In this document: positions 50,031 through 60,928 of the stretch, one piece after another
Position numbering within the stretch: the stretch's first letter is position 1
Layout: each line of letters begins with the position of its first letter
NCBI GenBank assembly: GCA_963823035.1
Contig: CAWGKG010000011.1
Span: 1 to 64,000 of the forward strand
Source: an uncultured Gemmatimonadales bacterium
GTDB lineage: Bacteria > Gemmatimonadota > Gemmatimonadetes > Longimicrobiales > Gaopeijiaceae
DNA length: 64,000 nt
Reading direction: 5' to 3'
Made by a program: the position numbers and the translations under genes
The notes under the pieces: model-generated
Told to the model about the DNA's origin: nothing
The model's input: the letters and a program-made list of their open reading frames with translations, nothing else
The model's database searches: none

Positions 50031-51417
50031 GCGCCTTCACCTGGACCGACGCGGCGGTGCGCGAGGCCCTCGGCCTGCGCCTCGACCGTGCGCTCGACGG
50101 GGTCGAGTACACGGGCGTGTCCACCGATTCGCGTGCGCTGGGCGAGGGCGACCTGTACGTGGCGCTCACGGGTGAGCGCTTCGACGGCCACGACTTCGTC
50201 GCGGACGCCCTGGCGGCGGGCGCGCGCGGCGCCGTGGTCTCCCGGACCGTCGAGGGCGAGGGCACCGCGCCGCTCTACCCGGTGGCCGACACGCTGGACG
50301 CGCTCGGGGCGCTCGCCGCCCACCGGCGCAAGGCGCTGTCCGCTCCGGTCGTCGGCATCACCGGGCTCGGCCGGCAAGACGACCACCAAGGAGCTGACCC
50401 GCGGCGCGCTCGCGGGCGCGCTCCGGGTGCACGCGACGCGCGGCAACCTGAACAACCGGATCGGGATGCCCCTCACGTTGCTGCGCGCCCCCACGGACGC
50501 CGAGGTGGTGGTGCTGGAGATGGGCACCAACGAGCCCGGCGAGATCGCCGCGCTGGCGCAGGTGGCCCGCCCGGACATCGGCGTCGTCATCACGGTGGGC
50601 GAGGCACACCTGGAGAAGCTCGGCAGCCTGGAGGGCGTCCTGAGCGAGAAGCTCGACCTCCTCCGCGGCCTCGCGGAGGGCGGGCGCTGCGTGGTGGGCG
50701 ACGAGCCCGAGCTGCTCGCCACCGCCGCTCGCTCGGTCTGCCCCGCCGTCCGTGTCGCCGGCTGGAGCGAGCGCGCCGATGCGGACCTGCGCCCGACCGA
50801 GGTCGAGGTCGACACCTTCGGCTCCCACCGCTTCCGTTGGCGGGGACGGACGGTGCGGCTCAACGTCGCCGGCCGGCACGCGGTGCTCGACGCGCTCCTC
50901 GCGCTCGCCGTCGCCGACCTCCTGGGCGTCGCCCCCGAGCGCGCCGTGGCCGGGCTGGCGGGCGTGGAGTCCGGCGGCATGCGCGGTGAGGTGCGTCGCA
51001 TCGGCGACCTGACGGTGGTCGTGGACTGCTACAACGCGAACCCGCCCAGCGTGAAGGCCGCGCTCGACCTCCTGGACGCGCGCTCGGCCCGCCACAAGGT
51101 GGTGGTTCTGGGCACGATGCTGGAGTTGGGAGCGGCATCGGACCGCCTCCACCGCGAGGTCCTCGCCGACGCCGTTGGCACGCGACGTCGAGCTGGTGGT
51201 GGCCACGGGCGCCTTCGAGGCCGCGGCCGAGGACGTCGAGGACCCGAGGGGCGACCGCCTGATCACGGCGCCCGATTGGCAGAGCGCGTACCCCGCGCTC
51301 CTCGAGCGTCTCGGCGGCAACGAGGTCGTGCTCCTCAAGGCGTCGCGCGGCGTAGCCATGGAGGGGATCCTCGCGCTCCTCGAGGCCGACTTCGCGTCGG
51401 CGGAGGGGGAGGGCTGA
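50027..51417 (+). CDS. murF: UDP-MurNAc-pentapeptide synthetase (2 frameshifts near 50365 and 51180)
   Basis: TDSR, FDGHDF, GKTTTKE, NLNNRIG, EMGTN, DCYNANP, MLELG, LKASRG. Confidence 0.93.
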
Positions 51418-52523
51418 TGCTCTACCACCTCCTTCCCCGGTTCTCGGACGTCAGCATCGTCTTCAACCTCTTCCGCTACATCACCTTCCGGGCGGCGGGC
51501 GCGGTGGTGACGTCGCTCCTGTTCGCGTTCGTGGCCGGCCCGTTCGCGATCCGGTGGCTCACCTCGCTGCGCGTCGGCCAGGTGGTGCGCGAGGCGGGTC
51601 CGAAGACGCACCTGGACAAGGCCGGCACCCCCACGATGGGCGGGGTGATCATCATCTTCGCGGCCACGCTGTCCACGCTCCTGTGGGCCGAGCTCGCGAA
51701 CTGGTACACGGTGCTGGCCCTCGCCGCGCTCCTGTGGATGGGCGCGATCGGCTTCCTGGACGACTACCTCAAGGTCGTGCGCAAGCACCCGCGGGGGCTG
51801 GTGGCGCGCTACAAGATGATCGGGCAGGTGAGCTTCGGCGTCGGCCTCGCCGCGTTGCTGCTGGTGCACCCCATCTCGCGCATGCCGAGCACGATGACGG
51901 GCGTGCCCTTCTTCTCCGACTACGCCGCCGTGTTCTGGGCGCCGGCGTTCGTCGTGTTCGTGGCCATCGTCGTGTCGGGCACGTCGAACACGGTCAACCT
52001 GACCGACGGGCTGGACGGGCTGGCCGCCGGGCTCACCGCGATCGTGGCGGTGACGTTCGGCATCCTGGCCTACGTCGAGGGCCGCATCGACACGTCCCAC
52101 TACCTGGGCCTCTTCCACCTCCCGGGGGCGGGGGAGCTGTCGATCTTCGCGGCCGCGCTCGCCGGGGCGGCGATCGGCTTCCTCTGGTTCAACGCGCACC
52201 CGGCCGAGGTCTTCATGGGCGACACCGGCTCGCTCTCCCTCGGCGGCGCCATCGGCGTGATGGCCATCCTCCTCAAGGCCGAGTTCCTCCTGGTGATCGC
52301 CGGGGGCGTGTTCGTGATGGAAGGCGTCTCGGTGATCCTGCAGACGTCCTGGTTCAAGTACACGGCCCGCCGCCACGGGGAGGGGCGGCGGATCTTCTTG
52401 ATGGCCCCCATCCACCACCACTTCGAGAAGCTCGGCTGGCCCGAGACCAAGGTGGTCGTGCGCTTCTGGATCCTCGGCATCCTGTTCGCGATGCTCGCGT
52501 TCAGCACGCTGAAGATCCGTTAG
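51417..52523 (+). CDS. mraY: Phospho-N-acetylmuramoyl-pentapeptide transferase
   Basis: GTPTMGG, GFLDDY, NLTDGLDGLA, FMGDTGS, MAPIHHHFE. Confidence 0.97.
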   Translation: MLYHLLPRFSDVSIVFNLFRYITFRAAGAVVTSLLFAFVAGPFAIRWLTSLRVGQVVREAGPKTHLDKAGTPTMGGVIIIFAATLSTLLWAELANWYTVLALAALLWMGAIGFLDDYLKVVRKHPRGLVARYKMIGQVSFGVGLAALLLVHPISRMPSTMTGVPFFSDYAAVFWAPAFVVFVAIVVSGTSNTVNLTDGLDGLAAGLTAIVAVTFGILAYVEGRIDTSHYLGLFHLPGAGELSIFAAALAGAAIGFLWFNAHPAEVFMGDTGSLSLGGAIGVMAILLKAEFLLVIAGGVFVMEGVSVILQTSWFKYTARRHGEGRRIFLMAPIHHHFEKLGWPETKVVVRFWILGILFAMLAFSTLKIR

Positions 52524-52538
52524 CGCATAGGATGCGAT

Positions 52539-53904
52539 ATGGCCGATGTGCGTGGAGCGAAGGTGGCGGTGGTCGGACTCGGAGCCAGCGGCAGGGCCGC
52601 GGCCCGATTGGTCCTCGCAAACGGAGGAGAGGTCTATGTCTCGGATTCGCGCGCTGATGCCTCAGACTGCAGCTGGTGGAGCCGAGCTGCGAGGACTGGG
52701 AGCCGACGTGGAGGTCGGAGGACACGACGTCGAGCGCATGGCGCGAGCCGACCTCGTCGTCGTCAGCCCCGGAATCCCCCCGGACGCTCCGGTGCTCCGC
52801 GCCCTCGCCGAGCGAGGCGTACGCTGGATCTCGGAGCCTGAGCTCGCCGTTCGGTTCTACTCGGGTCCACTGATCGCCATCACCGGAACCAATGGAAAGA
52901 CGACCACGACCCTGCTGGTGGCTCACCTGCTCGAAGCGGCCGGAGTGCGCGCCGCGGTGGGTGGCAACGTGGGCGGAGGCCTCGCGCCCGCGGCCTCGGA
53001 GCTCGCGCTGCTGGCCGAGCCGCCGGATTGGTACGTCCTCGAGATGAGCTCCTACCAGCTGGCCGGGATCGAGCGCTTCCGCGCCGACATCGGCGTGGTG
53101 ACGAACCTGTCGCCCGACCACCTGGACCGGTACGGGAGCGTCGGGGCGTACTACGCGGACAAGGCGCGCCTCTTCGAGAACGCGGACGATTCCTCCCGTT
53201 GGATCCTCCCCGACGGTGACGCCGAGGTGGAGCGGCTCGCCGGGGACGCGCCGGGTGAGCGCTACGGCTTCGCGCTCGACGACGCCGGCCGCACGCACGC
53301 CTTCGTGCGCGACGGGACGCTCACGCTCCGCCTCGACGGGGAGGAGGCACTCGTGCCGGTGGCCGATCTCCCGCTGCTCGGGCGCCACAACCAGCTGGAC
53401 GCCCTGGCCGCCTCGCTCACGGCGCGGGTCGCGGGCGCCGGCATCGAAGGGATCGCGGCCGGGCTGCGCCGGGCGCGCCCGCTTCCGCATCGGATGCAGC
53501 CGGTGGCCGAAGCGCGCGGCGTCCTGTGGGTGAACGACTCCAAGGCGACCAACGTGGCCGCGACGCGCAGCGCGCTCGAGAGCCTGTCGCGGCCGGTGGT
53601 CCTCCTCCTGGGGGGGAAGGACAAGGGCGAGGACTTCGGAACGCTCCGCTCCGTCGTGGTCGGGCGGGTCCGCGCGGTGGTGGCGTTCGGCGCCGCGGGC
53701 GAGCGCATCGCGGGTGAGCTCGAGGGGGCGGTGCCGCTCTCGCTCGAGAAGGGCGCCTTCGCGGACGTGGTCGCGGCGGCGGCCGCCCGCGCCGAGGAGG
53801 GCGACATCGTCCTCCTGTCGCCGGCGTGCTCGAGCTTCGACATGTTCGAGAACTACGAGGACCGGGGACGTCGCTTCGCCGCCCTGGCCCGGGAGATGGC
53901 CTGA
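52539..53904 (+). CDS. murD: UDP-MurNAc-L-Ala--D-Glu ligase (frameshift near 52665)
   Basis: GLGASG, SPGI, TGTNGKTT, EMSSYQL, DHLDRY, NDSKATN, SPACSSFD. Confidence 0.95.
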
Positions 53905-55085
53905 TGGCCGCGCGTCCCGTCGACGTGGCGCCGCAGCGCCCGATCAGGCTCCCGGACTCCGGGCTGGGCCGGGGGTGGGAGCCGACGGCGATCGTCGTGC
54001 TCACCCTCCTGCTCCTGTCCTTCGGGCTGGTGACGCTCTACAGCGCCTCCTCCGTGCTGGCGGTGAGGGAGCATCATCCGGACACCTGGTACGTCCTGCG
54101 CCAGGCGGCCGGCGCCGGGGTCGGGCTCGTCGGGCTCGCGGCGATGGCGGCGACCCCCTACCGCCTGTGGACGAAGCTGGCGTGGCCGCTGTACTGGGTC
54201 TCGGTGGGACTGCTCGTCTTCATCGTGGTCCCGTGGACGCACGGCGTCGCCCCGGAGATCAACGGCGCGCGCCGCTGGCTGCGCCTGGGCGTGACGATCC
54301 AGCCCTCCGAGTTCGCGAAGATCTCGATCATCGTGTGGACGGCGTCGATCGCGGTGAAGAAGGCGAAGAGCGAGCACTTCAGGAGCCTGTCGCTCGGCCT
54401 CGGCCCCTTCTTCCTGATGTGGGGGATCCTCCTCGTCCCGGTCGTGCTCGAGCCCGACCTCTCCACCGCGGTCCTCATCGCGCTGCTCGGCGTCCTGGTC
54501 GTGTTCGCCGCCGGCGCGCGCTTCGCGCACTTCGCCTTCCTCGGCGTGGCCGCGGTGCCGATCCTCTGGCACCAGCTCGGCGTGGGCTTCCGCGCGCAGC
54601 GCATCGCCGCCTTCCTCAACCCGGCAGCGGACCCCACGGGCGCGGGCTTCCAGGTGCGTCAGTCGCTCGTCGCGCTCGGCTCGGGGGGACTGACCGGCGT
54701 GGGCTTCGGCGAAGGGCGGCAGAAGTTCGGCTTCCTCCCCTACGCCCACAACGACTTCATCTTCGCGATGGTCGGCGAGGAGTGGGGGCTGCTCGGGGTC
54801 GCGTTCCTCGTGTCGCTGTACCTCGCGATCGTCATGATCGGCTTCCGGGTGGCGGGGCGCGCGCCCGACCTCTTCGGCGAGCTGCTGGCGATCGGCGTGA
54901 CGAACCTCATCGCCCTCCAGGCGGTCCTGCACATGGCGGTGGGGCTCGGCCTCGTACCGCCCACCGGGTTGGCCCTTCCGCTGGTCTCGTACGGGCGCTC
55001 GAACCTGATCGTGACGCTGGCGGCGCTCGGGATCCTGATCTCGGTCGCCCGGGCCGCGCCCGGCGGGAAGGGGGCCCGTGCATGA
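53904..55085 (+). CDS. ftsW: SEDS peptidoglycan glycosyltransferase FtsW
   Basis: NGARRW, QPSEFAK, EPDLST, HNDFIFA, LPLVSYG. Confidence 0.95.
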   Translation: MAARPVDVAPQRPIRLPDSGLGRGWEPTAIVVLTLLLLSFGLVTLYSASSVLAVREHHPDTWYVLRQAAGAGVGLVGLAAMAATPYRLWTKLAWPLYWVSVGLLVFIVVPWTHGVAPEINGARRWLRLGVTIQPSEFAKISIIVWTASIAVKKAKSEHFRSLSLGLGPFFLMWGILLVPVVLEPDLSTAVLIALLGVLVVFAAGARFAHFAFLGVAAVPILWHQLGVGFRAQRIAAFLNPAADPTGAGFQVRQSLVALGSGGLTGVGFGEGRQKFGFLPYAHNDFIFAMVGEEWGLLGVAFLVSLYLAIVMIGFRVAGRAPDLFGELLAIGVTNLIALQAVLHMAVGLGLVPPTGLALPLVSYGRSNLIVTLAALGILISVARAAPGGKGARA

Positions 55086-56224
55086 TTCCGGCGGCGTCGT
55101 GGTCGTCTTCTCCGGCGGAGGCACGGGGGGCCACCTCTACCCGGCGCTCGCCCTCGCCGAGGCGCTCGTGCGCCTGCGCCCGGACGTGCACCCCTTCTTC
55201 GTGGGCGCGTCGCGGGGGCTCGAAGCGCGGGTCCTTCCCGAGCGCGGCGTCGACCACCTCCTCCTTCCCGTCGAGGGATTCGCGCGGGGGAGCCGCCTCG
55301 GCGGAGCGCGCGCGCTCCCGGCGCTCGGACGCTCGGTCCTGCAGGTCGCGGACCTCGCGCGTACCCTGCGCCCGGAGGTCGTGGTGGTGACCGGCGGCTA
55401 CGCCGGGGGACCGGCCGGGATCGTGGCGGGCGTGTTGGGCATCCCGCTCGTGCTGCAGGAGCAGAACGCGGTGCCCGGCGTGACCACGCGGCTCCTGAGC
55501 CGGTGGGCCCGCCAGGTCCACGTGGCGTTCCCGGAGGCCACCCGCCGACTCCCGGTCGGGGCCCGCACCCGGGTCCGCGTGTCCGGGAACCCCGTGCGGG
55601 CGCTTCCCGCGCTCACGCGCGCCGCGGCGCGCGCCGTCTTCGGACTGCCGGAGGCGGGTTGCGTCGTTCTCGTCACCGGTGGGAGCCAGGGCGCGGTCGG
55701 GATCAACCGCGCGCTCACGGACGCGGTGCGCGGGGTGGCGGAGGGCGCGCTCGCCCGTCCGGACGGGCTGCTCCTCCTCTGGTCGACCGGCCCTCGGCAC
55801 CACGCGGCCGTCTCCGAGGCGCTGGCCGAGGCCGGCTCGCCCGCGTGGGTGCGGGCGCTTCCGTACATCGAGGACATGCCGGCGGCGCTGTCCGCCGCCG
55901 ACTTCGCGGTGGGGCGCGCGGGCGCGATGACCACGGCCGAGTTCTTCGAGGTCGGGATCCCGGCGATCCTGGTGCCGCTCCCGACCGCCGCGGCCGACCA
56001 CCAGACGCACAACGCCCGCGCGCTCGAGCAGGCGGGCGCCGCGGTCGTCGCCCCCGAGGCGGGCCTCACCGGCGCGGCGCTGTGGGCGCACGTGACCCGA
56101 CTGGCGGAGGACGCCGAGCTCCGGGCGCGCATGGCCGAAGCCGCGCGCGGTCGGGCCCACCCCGGAGCCGCCGCGGAGATCGCGGCCGCCGTCTCGACCC
56201 TTCTTCCCGGAGGCGGGGGCATGA
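55078..56224 (+). CDS. murG: Lipid II GlcNAc transferase MurG (reads in frame into murC in this sequence)
   Basis: GGGTGGHLYP, TGGY, EQNAVPG, GGSQGA, RAGAMT, HQTHNA. Confidence 0.93.
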
Positions 56225-57636
56225 CCGGCGTCGACGTCGACCTGCGCGCGCTCGCCGCGAAGGGTCCCGTGCACTTCATGGGCGCCGGCGGGTCGGGAAT
56301 GTGCGCGCTGGCCGAGCTTCTCCTGCGCCACGGCGGCCGCGTGAGCGGATGCGACCTCAAGGAGTCGCGCGCGCTGGCCGACCTGGAGCGGCTGGGCGCC
56401 ACCGTCCAGGTGGGGCACGCCGCCGCGCACGTGGAGGAGGCCTCCGCCCTGGTGGTGACCTCGGCCGTGCCGGTCGACCATCCCGAGCTGCTGCGCGCGA
56501 TCGAGCGCGGCGTCCCCGTGCTGAAGCGCGCGCAGGCGCTGGGTGCGTGGGTCAACCAGGGGCGCCTGGTGGCCATCGCCGGGACGCACGGGAAGACCAC
56601 CACCACCGCGATGGCCACGGAGATCCTCGCGGCCGCGGGGCTCGAGCCCACCGGCCTGGTCGGGGGACGGGTGGCCGCATGGGGCGGCAACCTCCGCTTC
56701 GGGGGAGGGGAGCTGTACGTCGTCGAGGCCGACGAGTACGACCGCTCCTTCCACACGCTCACGCCGGACGTGGCGGTGGTGACGAACCTCGAGGCCGACC
56801 ACCTGGACATCTACGGCGATCTCGACGGCGTGCGTACGGGCTTCCGCAGGTTCCTGCAGGGCGTCCGCGACGGAGGCACGGTCGTCGTGTGCGCCGACGA
56901 CACAGGGGCCTCGGCGCTGCTCGCCGGCATCCCCGAGGGGGGCACCACCTACGGTCTCTCGGCAGGGAGCCGACTGCGCGCGGTGGACGTCGTCCTCGGG
57001 CCGGATGCGACCCTGTGCAGGGTCTTCGAGGACGGCGTGGACCGCGGAGCGCTGCGCCTCGCCGCCCGTGGCCGTCACAACCTGCGCAACGCACTCGGCG
57101 CCGCCGCGGCGTCCCGCGCCGTCGGGGCGCAGTGGCCCGCCATCCGCGCCGCGCTGGAGGGGTTCGCCGGCGTGGGGCGGCGCTTCGAGCGCCTGGGAGA
57201 ATCCGACGGCGTGCGCGTCGTGGACGACTACGCGCACCATCCCACGGAGATCGCCGCGACCCTCGAGGCCGCACGCGCGGCCTTCCCCGGGGCGCGCCTG
57301 GTGGTGGCCTTCCAACCGCACCTCTACTCGCGCACGCGGGATTTCCACAGGGCGTTCGGCGACGCCGTCTCCGGCGCCGACGTGGCGTGGATCACGGACG
57401 TCTTTCCGGCCCGCGAGGCCCCGATCCCCGGGGTGACCGGGGAGCTGGTGGCCGAGGCGGCTCGCGCCGCGGGCACGCGCGAGGTGCACTACCACGACGC
57501 GGAGCTGGACGCGCTCCCGGCCGCGCTCGCGCCCACGCTGCGCGCGGGCGACGTGCTCCTGACGCTCGGCGCGGGCTCGGTGGAGCGCGTCGGCGGTGCG
57601 GTGCTCCACCTCCTCGAGGAGCGGGTCCATGCGTAG
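56221..57636 (+). CDS. murC: UDP-MurNAc--L-alanine ligase
   Basis: GAGGSGM, GTHGKTTT, EADEYD, DHLD, DDYAHHPTE, FQPHLYSRT; GGAGG RBS before ATG 56221. Confidence 0.95.
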   Translation: MTGVDVDLRALAAKGPVHFMGAGGSGMCALAELLLRHGGRVSGCDLKESRALADLERLGATVQVGHAAAHVEEASALVVTSAVPVDHPELLRAIERGVPVLKRAQALGAWVNQGRLVAIAGTHGKTTTTAMATEILAAAGLEPTGLVGGRVAAWGGNLRFGGGELYVVEADEYDRSFHTLTPDVAVVTNLEADHLDIYGDLDGVRTGFRRFLQGVRDGGTVVVCADDTGASALLAGIPEGGTTYGLSAGSRLRAVDVVLGPDATLCRVFEDGVDRGALRLAARGRHNLRNALGAAAASRAVGAQWPAIRAALEGFAGVGRRFERLGESDGVRVVDDYAHHPTEIAATLEAARAAFPGARLVVAFQPHLYSRTRDFHRAFGDAVSGADVAWITDVFPAREAPIPGVTGELVAEAARAAGTREVHYHDAELDALPAALAPTLRAGDVLLTLGAGSVERVGGAVLHLLEERVHA

Positions 57637-58360
57637 GGAGCTTCGCATCGTGACGTGGACGCTGGTCCTGGGGGCCCTGTGGATGGCGGGCTCGAAGGTG
57701 ATGGACGTGTTGCCGTCGATGAAGCTCTTTCGCGTCACGGACGTCGCCTTCACCGGGTTGGACTACCTCGACCGCGCCGAGGCGACGAAGCTGCTCCGCC
57801 TCGATCCGGACGCGAGCATCTGGAGCGACACCGGGAAGTGGGAGCAGCGGCTGGCGGAGAGCCCGTTGGTGGAGACCGTGCGGGTCCGGCGACGGATGCC
57901 CGGCACGCTCGTCGTTCAGGTCACGGAGCGCCGGCCGGTGGCGCTCGTGCCGACGCCCACGCTCGAGCCCGTCGACGCGCGCGGCGTGCGCCTCCCGATC
58001 GACCCCGCCAGGCGCCGCCTGGACCTCCCTGTCATGCTGATCGACGAGCGGCCCGCGCGCCTCACCCGCCTGCTGCCGTCGCGCGGACGCAAGCTCGCGG
58101 CGGAGGTGGCGCGCCTGCAGGACGCCGACACGGCCTTCGTACAGCTCGTCTCCGAAGTGGCGTGGGAAGACGGGCACTCGGTGGTGGCGCGCTGGGCGGA
58201 GCCCGAGGTGGACTTCCTGATGGAGCCCGGCGCCTCGTCTGCCCGCCTCCGCGAGGGGTTGGCCGCGCTCGCGGACGCGCTCGGACGTGAGCCGTCGAAA
58301 GCACCGACCCAGATCGACCTGAGATTCGCGGACCAGGTTGTGGTCCGCCGCACCCACTAG
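57629..58360 (+). CDS. ftsQ: Cell division protein FtsQ/DivIB
   Basis: TM, POTRA-like region (RRRMPGTLVVQVTERRP), C-terminal IDLRFADQVVV. Confidence 0.88.
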   Translation: MRRELRIVTWTLVLGALWMAGSKVMDVLPSMKLFRVTDVAFTGLDYLDRAEATKLLRLDPDASIWSDTGKWEQRLAESPLVETVRVRRRMPGTLVVQVTERRPVALVPTPTLEPVDARGVRLPIDPARRRLDLPVMLIDERPARLTRLLPSRGRKLAAEVARLQDADTAFVQLVSEVAWEDGHSVVARWAEPEVDFLMEPGASSARLREGLAALADALGREPSKAPTQIDLRFADQVVVRRTH

Positions 58361-58367
58361 AGGCATC

Positions 58368-59597
58368 ATGCGCGCCAACCTCATCGCAGGCCTGGACATC
58401 GGGACCACGAAGACGTGCGCCGTCATCGGCGAGATCGTGGCGGATCCGCGTCGTCCCGGTCTGACGATCCTCGGCGTCGGCCAGGCCCGTACGGGCGGCC
58501 TGCGCGGAGACATGGTCACGAACATCGAGGAGATGACCGAGTCGATCCGCTCGTCGATCAAGGAGGCCGAGCTCATGGCGGGCGCCACGGTGGACCGCGT
58601 CTACGCGGGCATGGGCGGCGACCAGATCCGGGCGTCGACGTCCATGGGGGTGGTGGCGATCGCCGAGGAGGAGGTGACCCCGGACGACGTGGAGCGCGTC
58701 CACGTGGTGGCGCGTGCCGTGGCGCTTCCTCCGGACCGCGAGATGCTGCACGCCATCCCGCAGGAGTACCGTGTGGATCACCAGCGCGGGATCAAGGACC
58801 CGATCGGGCTGTCGGGCGTCCGGCTCGAGGCCGAGGTCTTCCTGGTGACCTCCGCCGTGACGACGGCCGCCAACATCCGCAAAGCCGTCAACCGGGCGGG
58901 CTACCGCGTCCAGGAGTTGGTGCTGGAGCCGCTCGCGGGCGCACGCGCCGTGCTCACCGAGGACGAGAAGGAGGTCGGCGTCTGCATGGTGGAGATCGGC
59001 TCCTCCACCACGGATCTGGCGGCGTACTACGAGGGGAAGATCCGCCACGTCTCCATCCTCCCCTTCGGGGGCGGCACGCTCACCGCCGACCTCGTGCGCG
59101 GCCTGTCGATCCCCCACGCCGAAGCCCAGAAGGCCAAGGAGCACTACGCCACCGCCTACGCGCAGCTGGTGGACCCGCGTGAGACCGTGGAGCTTCCCGG
59201 GCCGTCGCCGAACCAGAAGCGCGCCGTCGCCCGCGAGCTGATCGCGCACATCGTCGAGCAGCGGCTGGACGAGATGTTCGGCCTCGTGCAGCAGGAGCTG
59301 CAGGACGCCGATCTCCTCGACCGCCTCGCCGCCGGCATCGTCCTGACCGGAGGCACCGTCGCGCTTCCCGGGATCGTCGAGCTGGCCCAGCAGATCTTCG
59401 CCGCGCCGGTCCGCTACGGCGTCCCGCGCGACGGGCTGTACGGCCTCGCCGACTCCGTGGCGCGCCCGAAGTTCAGCATCGCCGCCGGCCTCGCGCTCTG
59501 GGGGGCCGACCGCTTCGCGGAAACCGGAGAGGGCGCCTCGACGCTCACGTCGGGCGTGCTCACCAAGCTCGGCACCTGGCTCAGGGAATTCTTCTAG
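58368..59597 (+). CDS. ftsA: Cell division protein FtsA
   Basis: GLDIGTTK, HAIPQEY, EIGSSTT, GIVLTGG. Confidence 0.96.
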   Translation: MRANLIAGLDIGTTKTCAVIGEIVADPRRPGLTILGVGQARTGGLRGDMVTNIEEMTESIRSSIKEAELMAGATVDRVYAGMGGDQIRASTSMGVVAIAEEEVTPDDVERVHVVARAVALPPDREMLHAIPQEYRVDHQRGIKDPIGLSGVRLEAEVFLVTSAVTTAANIRKAVNRAGYRVQELVLEPLAGARAVLTEDEKEVGVCMVEIGSSTTDLAAYYEGKIRHVSILPFGGGTLTADLVRGLSIPHAEAQKAKEHYATAYAQLVDPRETVELPGPSPNQKRAVARELIAHIVEQRLDEMFGLVQQELQDADLLDRLAAGIVLTGGTVALPGIVELAQQIFAAPVRYGVPRDGLYGLADSVARPKFSIAAGLALWGADRFAETGEGASTLTSGVLTKLGTWLREFF

Positions 59598-59627
59598 TCC
59601 ACCACTGCTCAGGAGGGAGTAGCCACC

Positions 59628-60849
59628 ATGATGATCTTCGAGTTCGAAGAGACGCCGATCCGGAACGCGCGCATGAAGGTCGTGGGCGTAGGCGGGGCCG
59701 GCGGCAACGCCGTGAACCGGATGATCGACGAGGACCTGGAGGGCGTCGAGTTCATCTCGATGAACACCGACGCGCAGGCCCTGAAGAGCGCGCGCTCGCA
59801 GGTGACGATCCAGATCGGGAAGAAGCTCACCCGCGGTCTGGGCGCCGGCGCGCGCCCGGAGATCGGCCGCCAGGCGCTCTCGGAGAGCGAGGACGAGGTG
59901 CGCGGCGCGCTGGAGGGCGCGGACCTGGTGTTCGTCACCGCCGGCATGGGCGGCGGCACGGGCACGGGCGCGGCCCCCATGGTGGCCGAGATCGCGCGCG
60001 ACATGGGCGCGCTCGTCATCGGCGTCGTGACCCGGCCGTTCTCCTTCGAGGGGAAGAAGCGGGAGCGGCAGGCGATGCTCGGCCTGCAGGAGCTCCGGCG
60101 GTGCGTGGACACGATGATCGTGGTGCCCAACGACCGACTGCTGGCGGTGGTGCCGAAGGGCACTTCGTTCCGGGATGCGCTAAAAAAGGCCGACGAGGTC
60201 CTGCTGAACGCCACCCAGGGCATCTCCGACCTGATCCGCGTCACCGGAGAGGTGAACGTGGACTTCGCGGACGTGCGCACGATCATGGCGTGCAGGGGCC
60301 CGGCCCTGATGGGAACGGGCTTCGGAGAGGGTGACAACCGCTCCCAGGAGGCCGCCCAGGAGGCCATCTCGTCGCCGCTTGCTCGACGACGTCTCGATCT
60401 CCGGCGCGAGGGGGGTCCTGATCAACATCACGGGCGGCATGGACCTTGCGATCGACGAGGTCACGCAGATCTCGTCCATCATTCAGGAAGAGGCTGGGGA
60501 AGAGGCCGAGATCATCTTCGGCGCGGTGCACGATCCGGAGCTCGAGGGTCGCATCCGCGTCACCGTCATCGCCACGGGCTTCGACTCGGCGGACGAGGAG
60601 AAGGTGATCCGACCGGACTTCAAGCGCCCCCGGGCGCAGCCCCAGTCCCGGCCGCAGCCGAGAGAGGAGCCCATGGCGCAACCGAACCCGCACCGTCAGG
60701 TTGTTCAGGAAGAAGTTCGCGTCGCCGCCGTGGGTGGCGGCCGGGCGGAGCCCGTCCTGCCGCTGAACCGATTCCCCGAGCGCACGGTCACGCGGGAACA
60801 GTTCTCCGAGTTGGACATACCAACGTTCATTCGCCGCCAGATGGACTGA
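59628..60849 (+). CDS. ftsZ: Cell division protein FtsZ (frameshift near 60380)
   Basis: [33 protein letters not shown]-terminal [12 protein letters not shown]. Confidence 0.97.
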
Positions 60850-60928
60850 GTCCGAAAGGACGTCCGAGGCGGCTGGTCGTCCGGCGGGATCTTCCTCCCC
60901 CGCCGAGCGGCTCGCGGTTCCCCTGGAG

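Noticed and set aside
54907..57753. Long antisense/alternate-frame ORFs (e.g. 54907-57753, 25386-27935, 15110-17443)
   Set aside because: They are shadow ORFs of GC-rich genes: Arg/Pro/Gly-rich, with no motifs, overlapping well-supported genes.
44947..60849. Frameshifts in mraZ, murF, murD and ftsZ as pseudogenes or programmed frameshifting
   Set aside because: These are core, mostly essential genes with intact motifs on both sides of each shift and no shared slippery site. Similar indels are scattered window-wide, so sequencing error is far more likely.
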